This document shows positions 20,623 to 31,106 of a DNA stretch of 64,000 nucleotides, piece after piece. The stretch is taken from positions 620,001 through 684,000 of the forward strand of contig CAKKNE010000004.1 in the NCBI GenBank assembly GCA_918797485.1, read 5' to 3'. The translations under genes were made by a program, and so were the position numbers. The notes under the pieces are model-generated. The model did not search any database. It was not told the origin of the DNA and saw nothing but the letters and a program-made list of their open reading frames with translations. This stretch comes from Pelagomonas calceolata (taxonomy: Eukaryota). Each line of letters begins with the position of its first letter. Position 1 is the stretch's first letter.

Positions 20623-22809
20623 CTAAAAGAGCACGACCGTCGCCACCGACAACGTCGCCGCGCGGTCGTCCACATTCGACATCGCGCAGCTCCCGTCAGC
20701 GGCAACTGAGCAGCCCAAGTCATAGGCCGCCCAGATACCACTCTCCTTGCAGGCGCCGCGCGCGGGCGCGCAGTCCTTGCAGGCTCCCTTCATGGGTCTA
20801 GAGAGCGCGCCACACGCGTGCGCGGGAATCTTGGCGGGGACCACTCGCAAATCCACATGAATCGGGTTCAGGACCCAGCACATGTCTCTATCCTCCAATT
20901 TGTCCACCTTCTTCAGGTCCACGACTAACCGCGATCCAGCGCCGGGGATTGTCGTGATCGAACAGGCCGGCGGCCTGCACACTTCGCCTTCGACCTTCAC
21001 CTCCAGCTCCAAGTGCCAGTTCGCCTGATTTGCGGTCTTGGTAACGACGGGCGCTTCCGCGATGACAGCCACACAATTCGAATGCTTGCGGAACTGCAAA
21101 TCCAATTGCAGGTCGCCGGACCCTTGCTCGCCGACGAAGCCCCGTTGTTGCTGTTTATGAGACTTTGATCTTCGAAAGTCGTAGCAGGCCCGCGACGCTT
21201 CGTCCCCCGCGCAGGGGTCTTCGCGCTCCGGTGTCGTCCCCTGGTTCGCCCAGCGCGTCCTTTGAGTGGCGTTCGAGACGAAATCGCCCACATCTAGCGA
21301 TGAAGCAGCTTTTGGTAAGGAAGACACGGCGCAGACCGGGCGGGGGTAGTGGCGGCACTCTCCGTCTCGACAGAGCGTGTCGGCGCACGGTGCGCCACTA
21401 CAAAGTACTGGAGGAGGCAGCGACGCGTGCGACCTCATGTTTAAAGCCGTGCGCCGCCGCTCGCGATGTCTGAGTAGTCGCTCCACATCTGAACGAGGCG
21501 TTTCCGAATTGATGAAGTGCGTTAACGACTCGTTGGCGTACGTGAGCAATCGGTACGCGACTTGATTCCCAACGAGCTCGTGCCCCAACGCCGAGTAGCC
21601 ATGCTCGTACAGGGGCGTCGTCTCCTTCCAGAAGCCTCGGAACGTTTGTGGACTACTCTCGAAGTCCGGCATGTCCCGCGGAAATGAATGAATGCCGTCG
21701 GAACTCCGAGGCCCCTCCTCCGCCGGCACGGCTTCGACGACCTTCTGCCGCTGCAGCCGCGCCTTCTTCTTCGCCTCCGTGCGCTTGTTGAGGAGGCGCC
21801 GCCCATCGCTCACCGTGGTCGCGGCCCGGCGCAAAGGCACGGCCGCGGCCGAGCGATGGGGCTTCTTGCGCTTGCGCTTCCAGGGCCGCTCCTTCTCGAA
21901 CGTCGAGCCGAACGCCGATAGAAATGTCGACGAGAACTTGTGGTAGGCGTCGCCGAAGACGCCGCCCTTCTCTAAAGCCGTCCTCAGGGTAGACGCGTCG
22001 TCGCCTCCATCAAAATCATGAGAAACATACATCAGCGCCGGCCGCTGCCGCATGTTCCAGACCTGGCGCATCTGCACCTCGTGGGAAGCGAGCTCCCTTG
22101 GCGAGACTAGCCGAGCGCTCCGCAGGAGATGCTTGCGGCCCGTGACGTTGGCGTTCCACATCATTTTTGACTGCTTCGAGGGTAGGGCCTCGAGGCCCTC
22201 GGCGAAGGCACCTGATCTGCCCCAGAGGGGGCTCCACTCCCTTACTACGACGTCGACGTCGTCTCCTAGTAATTGATCCAAGCAGAACGCGTCTTCTATG
22301 GACCTCCCGTCGCGCCACCACGCCGTGGACGAGCGTACTTCGAACTGCTCTGATACGGATGCTAGACGTTTCTGCAGCACATGGGGCCAGGCCTCCTTGG
22401 ACCAACTATTCGTGTCGCCTCCTATAGTACCGATAACGAACGGGGTATTGCCGACAAGCGCCTCCGCGAGGCGCTCCCTGAGTAGCAGGTCGTTGTTCGG
22501 CCGTTTGCTCCGCTTGGTCCGCTCCAGCACGCCGGCGTCTCCCTGATAATAGGCGACAAGGCTTTGTAATTCTTTGGAGACTGCTGTGAGCACTTTTCGC
22601 AACTGCGGGAGCACGGTTTGTTCTTCGGCTGCCGAGTACTGCGGGAGTAGAGCCGGTGGCGGCGCGACGGTGGTAGCGTTTCTTTTGCGCAAGTATGCGG
22701 GCGGCCGCGGGCGGTAGTTGCGGTCGCGGTTGCGGTCGCCCCAGGGCAGGTGGAAGCCGAACAGCGCCGCCGCGCGGCGGCAGAGCAGCAGCCCGAGGAG
22801 GCGGCGCAT
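20623..22809 (-). CDS. Secreted Cys-rich hypothetical protein, possibly SGNH-fold-like
   Basis: Signal peptide MRRLLGLLLCRRAAA; VIGTIGG, DVDVVVREW, HxxSALGHELVGNQ. Confidence 0.65.
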   Translation of the reverse strand: MRRLLGLLLCRRAAALFGFHLPWGDRNRDRNYRPRPPAYLRKRNATTVAPPPALLPQYSAAEEQTVLPQLRKVLTAVSKELQSLVAYYQGDAGVLERTKRSKRPNNDLLLRERLAEALVGNTPFVIGTIGGDTNSWSKEAWPHVLQKRLASVSEQFEVRSSTAWWRDGRSIEDAFCLDQLLGDDVDVVVREWSPLWGRSGAFAEGLEALPSKQSKMMWNANVTGRKHLLRSARLVSPRELASHEVQMRQVWNMRQRPALMYVSHDFDGGDDASTLRTALEKGGVFGDAYHKFSSTFLSAFGSTFEKERPWKRKRKKPHRSAAAVPLRRAATTVSDGRRLLNKRTEAKKKARLQRQKVVEAVPAEEGPRSSDGIHSFPRDMPDFESSPQTFRGFWKETTPLYEHGYSALGHELVGNQVAYRLLTYANESLTHFINSETPRSDVERLLRHRERRRTALNMRSHASLPPPVLCSGAPCADTLCRDGECRHYPRPVCAVSSLPKAASSLDVGDFVSNATQRTRWANQGTTPEREDPCAGDEASRACYDFRRSKSHKQQQRGFVGEQGSGDLQLDLQFRKHSNCVAVIAEAPVVTKTANQANWHLELEVKVEGEVCRPPACSITTIPGAGSRLVVDLKKVDKLEDRDMCWVLNPIHVDLRVVPAKIPAHACGALSRPMKGACKDCAPARGACKESGIWAAYDLGCSVAADGSCAMSNVDDRAATLSVATVVLF

Positions 22810-22998
22810 TAGTATCGGGCAGCCCGCCTCGTTACCTGCTGCCGTGGTGCATCGTGTGCGAGACGCTCCAACAATGATCAATTTTTTAGCATCAGTGACG
22901 GGTTTTGTGGCGCTCTGAGGCTGGAGCCCGCCACGGTTGCGCGGGGCACCCGTGCGCCTCAACTACGTGCGACGCAGCCCTGGCGGCCGCTGGAAAAT

Positions 22999-23018
22999 GC
23001 TAGTGTCTCACCGCTATC
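22999..23018 (-). promoter_or_regulatory. Motif copy (short variant)
   Basis: rc GATAGCGGTGAGACACTAGC between divergent genes. Confidence 0.55.
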
Positions 23019-23103
23019 CTCTTTGGCTGGTGGGCTGCCCAAAACGAACTCCCGGCGCCTCCGCCTACGCGCCACGACTCGTCGACAGCAGGCCACCAAG
23101 ACG

Positions 23104-24381
23104 ATGCGGGCCACGCGCGCCCTCCGCAGCGGCACGGAGACGGCGCGGCTCCAGCGGGACACACAACAACAGCAGGAATCTCTGAATGCCCTGCGGGCCC
23201 AGATGCGACAGGAGAAGGAGCGGCGCGACGCGGCGCCCCGTGGTGGCACGCGCTGGGGCTCGGCGGCCGTCAAGAAGGGCGCTTTAGGGAGATCATATGG
23301 GAAGGACGTGCGTAAAAAGCTGGAACAACGGACGGCGAGTGGGCAGGGCCGCGCGGCCGCGAGTCGCCGGGACGGGCGCTTCTGGGACCTGCCGGTGCAG
23401 CGGTGGAGCGTCGCCGACGCGGGGGACTGGCTGGTGTCGCTGGATCTGGCGCAGTACTGTGAGACGTTCGCGAGCAACGAGATTTCTGGGAGGGAACTAC
23501 TGGATCTGGGTCTGGACGATCTCGACTACATGGGCGTCAAGGCGCTGGCGCACCGAAAACGGCTGCTGAAGGGCGTCGCGGAGCTCTGCGCCGCGCACCG
23601 ACGAGGCGCAGTTGCACCACAGGACCCGACCTTCGGGCGAGAAAAACCGCCGGCGCCGCCTTCCAGTAAGGTGCACTGGTCCGCCGTGCCCACTTTACGA
23701 GAGCAGAACCCCGACGCCCCGAACCCGGCACCGCATGCGCCGCAGCGGCTCGCCGACGCGGGAGGGATGTTTTCTTTTGGAAATGCGGAGGCCGAGGTTT
23801 TGGATGAGGCGGCGGAGCGAAAAGCTTTCCAGGAGGCCGTGGCGGCGTGGCGGTCCGGGAACGCGCCGCCGTCGCCGCCTTCACCAGTGAAATGTGGCGG
23901 TTCCTTGCTGGACGGCGAATACGACGAGGCCGCCGAGCAGGCGGCCTTCCAGGAGGCCGTGGCGGCCTGGCGGACGCGCGGCGCGCCTCCAGAGCCTCGC
24001 GAGAAAACGTCGTCGCCGAAAAAACTGAATACCGTCGGCCGGACGGCCAACGACGTCGCCGACGAACTCGCGCGGCAGCTCGACGCCATGAACGCCGAGG
24101 CCGAGGCTTCATTACGACGGCGGCGGCTGGAGGCCGAGGCGTCGCTCGCGGAAGTCGAGCGGCTGCGCGCGGCGGCGAGCGAGCCGCTCGTCCTCGAGAC
24201 CGTTGACTCCGACTCAGACGTCGAGCCCGCGCCGCAGTCCTGCCGCGTCGAACATGTGACCACCGCGCTCGGCTCGAACGGCGCGGACGAGGCGGCATAT
24301 TTCGTGGAATCGGGGAGCGAGTCGAATGACGACGACGCTGCACCTGAATACGTCGTCGACGAGGGGAGCGACACCGAATAA
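23104..24381 (+). CDS. SAM-domain protein
   Basis: WSVADAGDWLVSLDLAQYCETFASNEISGRELLDL...HRKRLL; duplicated DEAAExxAFQEAVAAWR helix. Confidence 0.85.
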   Translation: MRATRALRSGTETARLQRDTQQQQESLNALRAQMRQEKERRDAAPRGGTRWGSAAVKKGALGRSYGKDVRKKLEQRTASGQGRAAASRRDGRFWDLPVQRWSVADAGDWLVSLDLAQYCETFASNEISGRELLDLGLDDLDYMGVKALAHRKRLLKGVAELCAAHRRGAVAPQDPTFGREKPPAPPSSKVHWSAVPTLREQNPDAPNPAPHAPQRLADAGGMFSFGNAEAEVLDEAAERKAFQEAVAAWRSGNAPPSPPSPVKCGGSLLDGEYDEAAEQAAFQEAVAAWRTRGAPPEPREKTSSPKKLNTVGRTANDVADELARQLDAMNAEAEASLRRRRLEAEASLAEVERLRAAASEPLVLETVDSDSDVEPAPQSCRVEHVTTALGSNGADEAAYFVESGSESNDDDAAPEYVVDEGSDTE

Positions 24382-24392
24382 TTTATGACTAC

Positions 24393-25095
24393 TTACCCGC
24401 GCTTGAACTGGAGGAAGACCTCGTTGCAGTTCCACTTCTCCTCGTTCGAACCGATGGCGTCCACCACCGTGTCGAAGTCCATCTTCGTCGCGTCGTACAT
24501 GTTGCGCTCGAACTTGGCACCCACGAAGCGCACGGCCGAGACGCCAACTAATAAATCTTCTGCTTGCACGGCGCCGCTCTTTTGGGCGTTGCCGCCCTCG
24601 ACCAAGTCAAGCACCTTGACGCCTCTTGCAAAATTCGGGTCCAGTTCTTCGAAGACAATACCACACGGCTTCGGGAGGGCGACCTCGTAGACGCCGTCCG
24701 GTAACCTGTGTGAAAATCAATATTTTACGGCACGTTCGTGCTGAATCGCCGCGTCGACCTCCACGCCATCGACGCGACACCTGCTCGATGGCGTGGCAAT
24801 GCCGGTTCATCACCGCTGGACGGAGCCAGCACGGCCGCGTCATCGCCGAGAAATGACTTAGTGAAGAATTCTCGGGTGCACCCGACGCACTGGTTGATTT
24901 CCACACAGCCGGTAACTGCGCGCCGAGGCCATTCGGCGGGGCATATTCGTAGCCCATATAAAATACCTGGCCGAAATTACCACCGTTGTTGAGCATGTCA
25001 CGGCGCGTCATTGGCGCCGTGGTGCCGCGCGCCGGCGGCCGGAAGGCATCTGCGACGGCTGCGAGCGCGACGATGAGTGCTGCGGCCTTGTGCAT
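24393..25095 (-). CDS. Plastid-targeted PDZ-like protein; 2 exons (intron 24706-24916)
   Basis: Leader ...AVADAFRPP; spliced product AQLPDGVYEVALPKPCGIVFEE..GVKVLDLVEGGNAQKSG..FDTVVDAIGS. Confidence 0.75.
24706..24908. mobile_element. Introner element (non-autonomous TIR transposon acting as spliceosomal intron)
   Basis: TIRs CTGTGTGAAAATCAA / TTGATTTCCACACAG; 8-bp TSD CCGGTAAC at 24698-24705 and 24909-24916. Confidence 0.92.
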
Positions 25096-25600
25096 TGTTA
25101 TGTTGCCGCAGTGATCTGTGAAGATTGATAGTTCGCACTGCTTTTGCGTGGCTGTAGGGTGATAGAGCTGTGCTTGTAGTCGGTGCAACTTGGCCAAGCT
25201 AACCTCGCGAGTTCCGTCCGACAATGATCGTGCGTGTCGTGCGCAGCCTTTTGCTCTGTCAAGCTGGCTCAAATGGCAATATGCACGCCCACAGGCTCTC
25301 AAGTAGTCCCACGTGGGTAAACTTAAGTATGTTTATGCTAGCCTGAAAAATATAATTCGGCCCGACGCGAATCGCAGCGTACGACGAGACGCGGCGTGAA
25401 CACTAGCCTTGCGCAGTGCTACAGCCAGCGGCGCCGAAGCGGCGCACCGCTATCGACGGCGCACGCCAAAAAAAGGCTTTCCCCCAAGGGCCACTCAGAG
25501 CAGCCGGCTAAAAAACGGCGCCGCGGGCTCTTCGCAGCGCACAACGCAACGTAAAGTAAACTACGAGGAAACGCCGCCGCGCGAGCCGCAGCGTTCCACC

Positions 25601-27175
25601 ATGCGACTCTTCTTTTTATTAACCTCGCTGGCGCTCACGACCTCTTCTATCTTCAAAAAGCACGACAAAGGCAGCGACCTCCACTACGAGCAGCAGCCCA
25701 AATATCACGTAAGACCGCAGCAGGGCTGGCTCAACGACCCGAACGGGCCCGTCTTCCACGGCGGCAAGTATCATCTCTTCTTTCAACATAATCAAGAGGA
25801 CGCGTCCTGGGGGAATATCGTCTGGGGCCACGCCACGTCGGCCGACTTAGTGCACTGGGAACTTGCGAGTCCAATTCTCACGAAACCGCCTTCTTATGAA
25901 AAAGGTGGGGCCTGGAGTGGATCGATGTTCAAGCGCGGCGATGATATCGTCGCGTTGTACACGTGCACCGACGGCAAGTTCCGGAACGCGCAGTGCGAGG
26001 CTATTGCTGATGACGCTTCATTGTCTTCATTCACTCGTAATGCGAACAACCCCACCATAAAAACACCACCGGAAAACATACCACAGGGCGCCTTCCGCGA
26101 CCCGACGGAGCCCTACCACTTTGTTGGGAGGGACTACACGTTCATCGGCGCGACGGACGCCCGGGGCCCGCGCGGCGTCGTGTTGGCCTACGACCTCGAT
26201 GGCTATGGTTTCAAGGGCCACTTCTACGAAGCGCCGCCCCTGCAACAGTGCCTGGGCTGGCGCGACGGGCCGCGGTGCGCTTCTGTGATGTTGGAGTGCC
26301 CCGACGTCTTCGACCCTGCTACGACACTGAGTGAAGCGACGATTCTCAAGCTGTCGCTCGGTGCCGCTTTACGGAAGGACGTCGTGTTGATCGGCGCCGT
26401 CGAGGGCAACGCCGAAGGCCGGGGCCCGTCGTTTAGAGCGAAGGAACACCGGACGCAGCACCGCTGCGACGGTCCGGAGTATTTGCCAGGTGCTATTACC
26501 TTAGATTGTGGGAGCGCGTATGCCTCAAAATCCTTCACCGACCAGCGAGGCCGGAGAATCTCGTGGTCCTGGCTGCCCGACTACGGCGGCCCGGCGACGC
26601 CGCCAGTTCTAAGGTACAACGGCACGCTGACGCTGCCGCGCGTGTTGACCTTGGAGAAAGGAGAGTTGCGGTCGCGGTTCCTCCCGGAGCTGAAAGAGCT
26701 ACGGATGGCCAAGGACGCGCACCACCTCGCCGACGGTGTGGAGACGAAGCTGCGACACATGGCGGACCAGTCCGAGCTGAGGCTGTGGGTCCCCCAGTCA
26801 GAGCATGCAGTGACCGTATCCTTTAAGAGATACGGTCACGAGTTGCGGGCCAACGTCGCCTGCGCCCGCATGGTCTGCCGCGTCTCTATTGTCACAATAG
26901 CCGACGGCGAGGAGTATAAACCGTGCGAGGCCCTGACCTTCGGGTGGCCGGGCCTCACCGTGCCTCTGATTGTGTATCTGGACGGTTCGTCAGTAGAGTG
27001 GGATCTGGGCGACGGCCGGAGCTCGTGCGCGCACCGCTGGTACGGCGTTACGCCGAGCGAGCACGACGGCGACCTCGCGGTGACCGCGCGCTTCGTCGAT
27101 CAGGTGAGGCTCGAGGCGTGGCGCTTGAAGTCGGCGTGCGAGCCGGCGGAGCACAAGTGGAACAACCAGTTCTAA
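25601..27175 (+). CDS. Secreted GH32 beta-fructofuranosidase/invertase-like
   Basis: Signal peptide; WLNDPNG, WGHA, WSGS, FRDP, ECPD, YASKSF, TLPR. Confidence 0.93.
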   Translation: MRLFFLLTSLALTTSSIFKKHDKGSDLHYEQQPKYHVRPQQGWLNDPNGPVFHGGKYHLFFQHNQEDASWGNIVWGHATSADLVHWELASPILTKPPSYEKGGAWSGSMFKRGDDIVALYTCTDGKFRNAQCEAIADDASLSSFTRNANNPTIKTPPENIPQGAFRDPTEPYHFVGRDYTFIGATDARGPRGVVLAYDLDGYGFKGHFYEAPPLQQCLGWRDGPRCASVMLECPDVFDPATTLSEATILKLSLGAALRKDVVLIGAVEGNAEGRGPSFRAKEHRTQHRCDGPEYLPGAITLDCGSAYASKSFTDQRGRRISWSWLPDYGGPATPPVLRYNGTLTLPRVLTLEKGELRSRFLPELKELRMAKDAHHLADGVETKLRHMADQSELRLWVPQSEHAVTVSFKRYGHELRANVACARMVCRVSIVTIADGEEYKPCEALTFGWPGLTVPLIVYLDGSSVEWDLGDGRSSCAHRWYGVTPSEHDGDLAVTARFVDQVRLEAWRLKSACEPAEHKWNNQF

Positions 27176-27515
27176 CGCCGCGCGCGAGGGGTGTGCTTGT
27201 ATTAACTATATGGTGTGCTGATACTACTATTGTGACGGTGCTCGGACTCGTGGGCGCGGGGCCCGCGGCCGCGCAGGTGCTCGAGACTGGCTCTCACGCG
27301 CTGTGAAGCGGGCGTGAAGCGGCGTTAACCGGCGCGCTGCCCACCTACGCCGCGTAATAGATCCAGACAGACGCTATGCACCGGCTGTGCGACCACTGCG
27401 ATCGGACGCGCGTGTCTCCGGCAGCCACCGCAGCTGGGGCTGCCTCCTCCAGCCTGCCCCCACGCCGTCGACGCGTCGTCTAAGTGAGTGCTCGACCCCG
27501 TGCCGCATCGCATCG

Positions 27516-28388
27516 ATGGGCGGGGGCAGCCGTGCGGGCCATCGCTTGGCGAGGGCAGCCCTGCTGTGTGCCGCCTTTGCCGCCGCGGGCAGCGCGACGC
27601 CTGCGACGGACAACGCGACGCATACGATCGTCGCGACGGTCCTCAACGGGAAATACGCGCCCCTCTTTGAATTGTGGCATCCGCGCTTCGCGGCGGCGAC
27701 GGATGCTAGAGTGGAGCTCGTCGTGGCCTGCCTCGACGACGACGCCGTGGCCGCCGTGCGGCGACTGGACACGCGCGCGAGGACGCTCGAGGCGACCGGA
27801 GGGGCCCACGACGTCGCGGCGGCGCGGCTCGCCAAGGTTCATACGGTCCTGCGCCTCGTGCGCGAGGAGGCCGCGGGATCGAAAAGGCTGGTGATTTATA
27901 GCGACGTCGACGCGTTCTGGCTGCAATCACCAATCTCGCGCCTCCGCCGCATCGAAGCGCCCCTGGCCTTCAGCCGCGACGGCGTGGCGACGGCGGCGGG
28001 CTTTGATGGGAAGCGCGGCTTCGCGCTCTGTGCCGGTTTTTTTGTGGCGCGGCCGACGGAAGCGGCGGCGTCGTTCCTCGACGCGTGGCGGCTCAAAGGC
28101 CGGGGCGGCCGGAGCTCGGACCAGGTCGCCGCGAACGAGCTGTATGACGAGGGTGTCGGGATCATCGCGGACGAGGTCGTCGACCGGTGCCCACGGGGCG
28201 CGGTGCCGGCCGTGTGGCACCCGTACTCGCCGGCGCAAATATCAGGAAAGGTGTTTTTCTGGGGCAGGGTGCTCGCGAAGATCGCGAGCGGCGACGGGGA
28301 CGCGTTCGCCGGGGTCCGGTGCTCGTGGGGCGGGCGGCATAAGGGACGCAACCGGCGCGCGGGCGGGGTTGTGACTGCGCGTCGATGA
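27516..28388 (+). CDS. Nucleotide-diphospho-sugar transferase (GT77-like)
   Basis: Signal anchor; YSDVDAFWL DxD motif, LCAGFF, SDQ..NE. Confidence 0.75.
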   Translation: MGGGSRAGHRLARAALLCAAFAAAGSATPATDNATHTIVATVLNGKYAPLFELWHPRFAAATDARVELVVACLDDDAVAAVRRLDTRARTLEATGGAHDVAAARLAKVHTVLRLVREEAAGSKRLVIYSDVDAFWLQSPISRLRRIEAPLAFSRDGVATAAGFDGKRGFALCAGFFVARPTEAAASFLDAWRLKGRGGRSSDQVAANELYDEGVGIIADEVVDRCPRGAVPAVWHPYSPAQISGKVFFWGRVLAKIASGDGDAFAGVRCSWGGRHKGRNRRAGGVVTARR

Positions 28389-28481
28389 CGTCGTGGGGGA
28401 GGCGGAGGGGTATGTAACGACCCTGTGTGTGCTCCGAAACCCCGTTTTGGCTTCGAGACTTGTGGAGGCGGAAATTCGTGG

Positions 28482-28504
28482 GCTAGCGCCTGTAAGACAC
28501 TAGC
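28482..28504 (+). promoter_or_regulatory. CTAG-bracketed intergenic motif copy
   Basis: GCTAGCGCCTGTAAGACACTAGC. Confidence 0.7.
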
Positions 28505-28559
28505 AAGCAAGCATCCGACTCCTTCACGCGAGCTCTACGCGAGCCCTACGTAGCGAAAT

Positions 28560-29333
28560 ATGGGCGCTCGGCAGAGAAGGCCCTCCGGCGATGAAGCAGA
28601 GCCGGTCTCTCCACTCTCACAACATTTGAGCCCGATTGATCACTCTGGTGATGAAACCTCTGTTAAGGACTTCAGCCTCCGGTTCTCAAAATTCGTGATG
28701 ATGTTTGAGCGAGTCGTGACAGACCTGTACATATTTGTTGCGTTTTTCTTCATTATCCTGCTCATGTTCGCTACGACATTTTACCTTTACCTCGGAACGA
28801 AGACGAGGAGCGACATTGGCTACCACGACGACGGCGAGCCGACTCATTACTCGACATTTCCAAAGACGTTGTTCTCGCTCTATTTACTCGGCTTACTAGG
28901 AGACTTCGACTTGGACACATTTGATAACAGAGCGCTCAGGTTCATTTTGGTGCTTTTTGTGTTCATCGTCGCCGTCGTCCTATTGAATGTGCTCATCGCG
29001 ATTGTGTCAAAATCGCACGATGATATCACGGGAAAGATCGCAGCGGGACTTTTCTACCGGTCGCGCCTCGAATATATCACGGAGACTACTCCGGTCGCGA
29101 GGCTCCTACCATCGTGGCTGCGACGGGAAGAAGACGGGGACTCGATCAAGGAACGACTAAGAGAAGCGCTCGCGCAGCACAAGGACGCCTCCGAGGCGGA
29201 CCATGTCCGCGAGTCGGAAGAACGAACGAAGCAGGAGCTCGCCGACGTCAAGCGAGAGTTGGCCGCGATGGCCGCGACGCAGCAGATAATCCTCGCGAAG
29301 CTGCAGACCATCCTCGATGACAAGCAGCCGTGA
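28560..29333 (+). CDS. Truncated TRP-like cation channel (S5-pore-S6 + coiled coil only)
   Basis: FSKFVMM..DL..F, FSLYLLGLLGDFD, VVLLNVLIAIVSKS; S1-S4 absent. Confidence 0.65.
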   Translation: MGARQRRPSGDEAEPVSPLSQHLSPIDHSGDETSVKDFSLRFSKFVMMFERVVTDLYIFVAFFFIILLMFATTFYLYLGTKTRSDIGYHDDGEPTHYSTFPKTLFSLYLLGLLGDFDLDTFDNRALRFILVLFVFIVAVVLLNVLIAIVSKSHDDITGKIAAGLFYRSRLEYITETTPVARLLPSWLRREEDGDSIKERLREALAQHKDASEADHVRESEERTKQELADVKRELAAMAATQQIILAKLQTILDDKQP

Positions 29334-29394
29334 TAGCGCGCCCGACGCGAACAGCCATCGACCCCGTCGAGAGTAAAAACCAAAACAACTTACT

Positions 29395-30543
29395 TTAGCT
29401 AGCACGCACGCGCTCCCGCTCCAGCAACCGAGCCGCCCTCGCAAAGTCCGGCACGCGCGGCGCGCTCCGCTCGACGGAAGCCTTGTGCCGCGCCGCCGCC
29501 GTCGACGCCAACGCGTCCCGAAAGAGAGGGATGGCGACCAAGAGCCGCGCGACGGTTCCCAGAGTCGAGCCGCCCGCCTTTTTAACACATTTGTCGGCCG
29601 CCTCCGTCGCCTCGTCACCGACGCGCCGCCAGAAATCATATGAAGACGCCGGCGACCGCTCGCCCGAGCGCACTGTTGTAACCCAGGCCCGCGTGACTTG
29701 ACCGTTGCTCGTTTGCAGTCGCAGCGTCGCGGTGAACGAGTCGCGGGGGCACTCGACGCGGTACGCACCCAACGCATCCTGGGAAATGGCACCCACACAA
29801 GCGCCTAGCCTTGCTCTTAAAGCGCCGGCCACGTCATTCGTGGCGACGTCGCACCAGCTCTCGACAGCAGCCTCTCCAATCGAGGAAGGCGCCCACTGCG
29901 GCGCCCTTTTCCCCAATTTAGCCTCTAAATCCGCCTTCCACTCCTTGAGCTTCGTACAATACCCGGGCAATTCACTCAGGTTCCCGCTTCGCGCCTCCAA
30001 TTGTTTGTGTAGTGAAGTAGCCCGCTTCTCGATTTTATCGACCTTCTGCAGCGCGTCCGAGGCCCACGTCCTAGCTTCGTCTCCCACACTTCCAGCAGCA
30101 GTAGCCGCATCAATAATCGCTCGTAATCTACGACCAATAACAGCAGGCGCGGCCCGCCACCACTCTAACGTAGCGCCGTGCTCCCGCAGCAAATCCCTCG
30201 CGGAATCAGAACTGCGCGGCCGCTTCGCCTCCTGGACTACTTCCGAGTCCTCCCGACTCCTCTTTCGCGCGAGGGCTTGTTTTTTTTCGAGGGGCGCCGT
30301 GTCTGACGGTTCGGACATGGAAGGCCGTTGGGAGGCTTCCAGGGCCTTGGCGGCTTTGGCGAGGCGTTTCTCGACTTTCCGCTCGTAGTCTTGGGCGTCT
30401 TTCGCGCTGTCAAAACATTTGGCCTCGATCTGGCGGGCCGCGGCGACCGGGTCCTGGCCGGGCTGCAACATTGATTTTATTCGCTGGGCGATTTTATGGG
30501 TCATGGCTTCCCTTGCGGCCGCGTCTACTCCTTTCGGGGGCAT
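29395..30543 (-). CDS. KIX-like (Med15-type) domain protein
   Basis: REAMTHKIAQRI..AARQIEAKCFDSAKDAQDYERKV resembles KIX_2. Confidence 0.6.
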   Translation of the reverse strand: MPPKGVDAAAREAMTHKIAQRIKSMLQPGQDPVAAARQIEAKCFDSAKDAQDYERKVEKRLAKAAKALEASQRPSMSEPSDTAPLEKKQALARKRSREDSEVVQEAKRPRSSDSARDLLREHGATLEWWRAAPAVIGRRLRAIIDAATAAGSVGDEARTWASDALQKVDKIEKRATSLHKQLEARSGNLSELPGYCTKLKEWKADLEAKLGKRAPQWAPSSIGEAAVESWCDVATNDVAGALRARLGACVGAISQDALGAYRVECPRDSFTATLRLQTSNGQVTRAWVTTVRSGERSPASSYDFWRRVGDEATEAADKCVKKAGGSTLGTVARLLVAIPLFRDALASTAAARHKASVERSAPRVPDFARAARLLERERVRAS

Positions 30544-30722
30544 GGCTGCGCGACGGCGTGCTGTGCAGCGAGGCTGGGGCTGTGTCCTGTACGCAGCGCG
30601 GCGGGGCGCACGGCTCAAGCGAGCGTTGGTGACTGCTGTAATTGGTCGAAAGCTGCACGCAAGACGGGACGCGGTAGAGCAGGGAGCGCTACGCGCCGCG
30701 CTTTGCTGCAAAGACGGGCCAA

Positions 30723-30746
30723 GCTAGCGTCCTGTAAGACACTAGC
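30723..30746 (+). promoter_or_regulatory. CTAG-bracketed intergenic motif copy
   Basis: GCTAGCGTCCTGTAAGACACTAGC. Confidence 0.7.
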
Positions 30747-31106
30747 ACGACAGACAAAGCGTCCTGCGGTGGCCGGAAGAATCAAAGGGGTCAAGGATCG
30801 GTCCGGAGTCGACCTATCCTGCTTTGGTTTCGCGGGCTCGAGCACAATCGAGACTTGCTCCTCATATTTGGTCTCGCAAAAACCGAGGTCGCACCAGCTT
30901 TTGGCACACGTACGCGCATCAGTAGTCGTGACGATACATAAAACTCGGACCGCGAGCACGCGAAACGACGCCGCTGGCGTAACACCACTGTGCTGCTTTT
31001 TCCCTGGAGCAAAAGCTGTAGGCCAAACGCCGACGCGCCACGCGTGAGCGCCGCTTCCACGAGCAATAGTTAGCTGGTGCAAGGCGCGGAACGTCACGCA
31101 CCCTGC

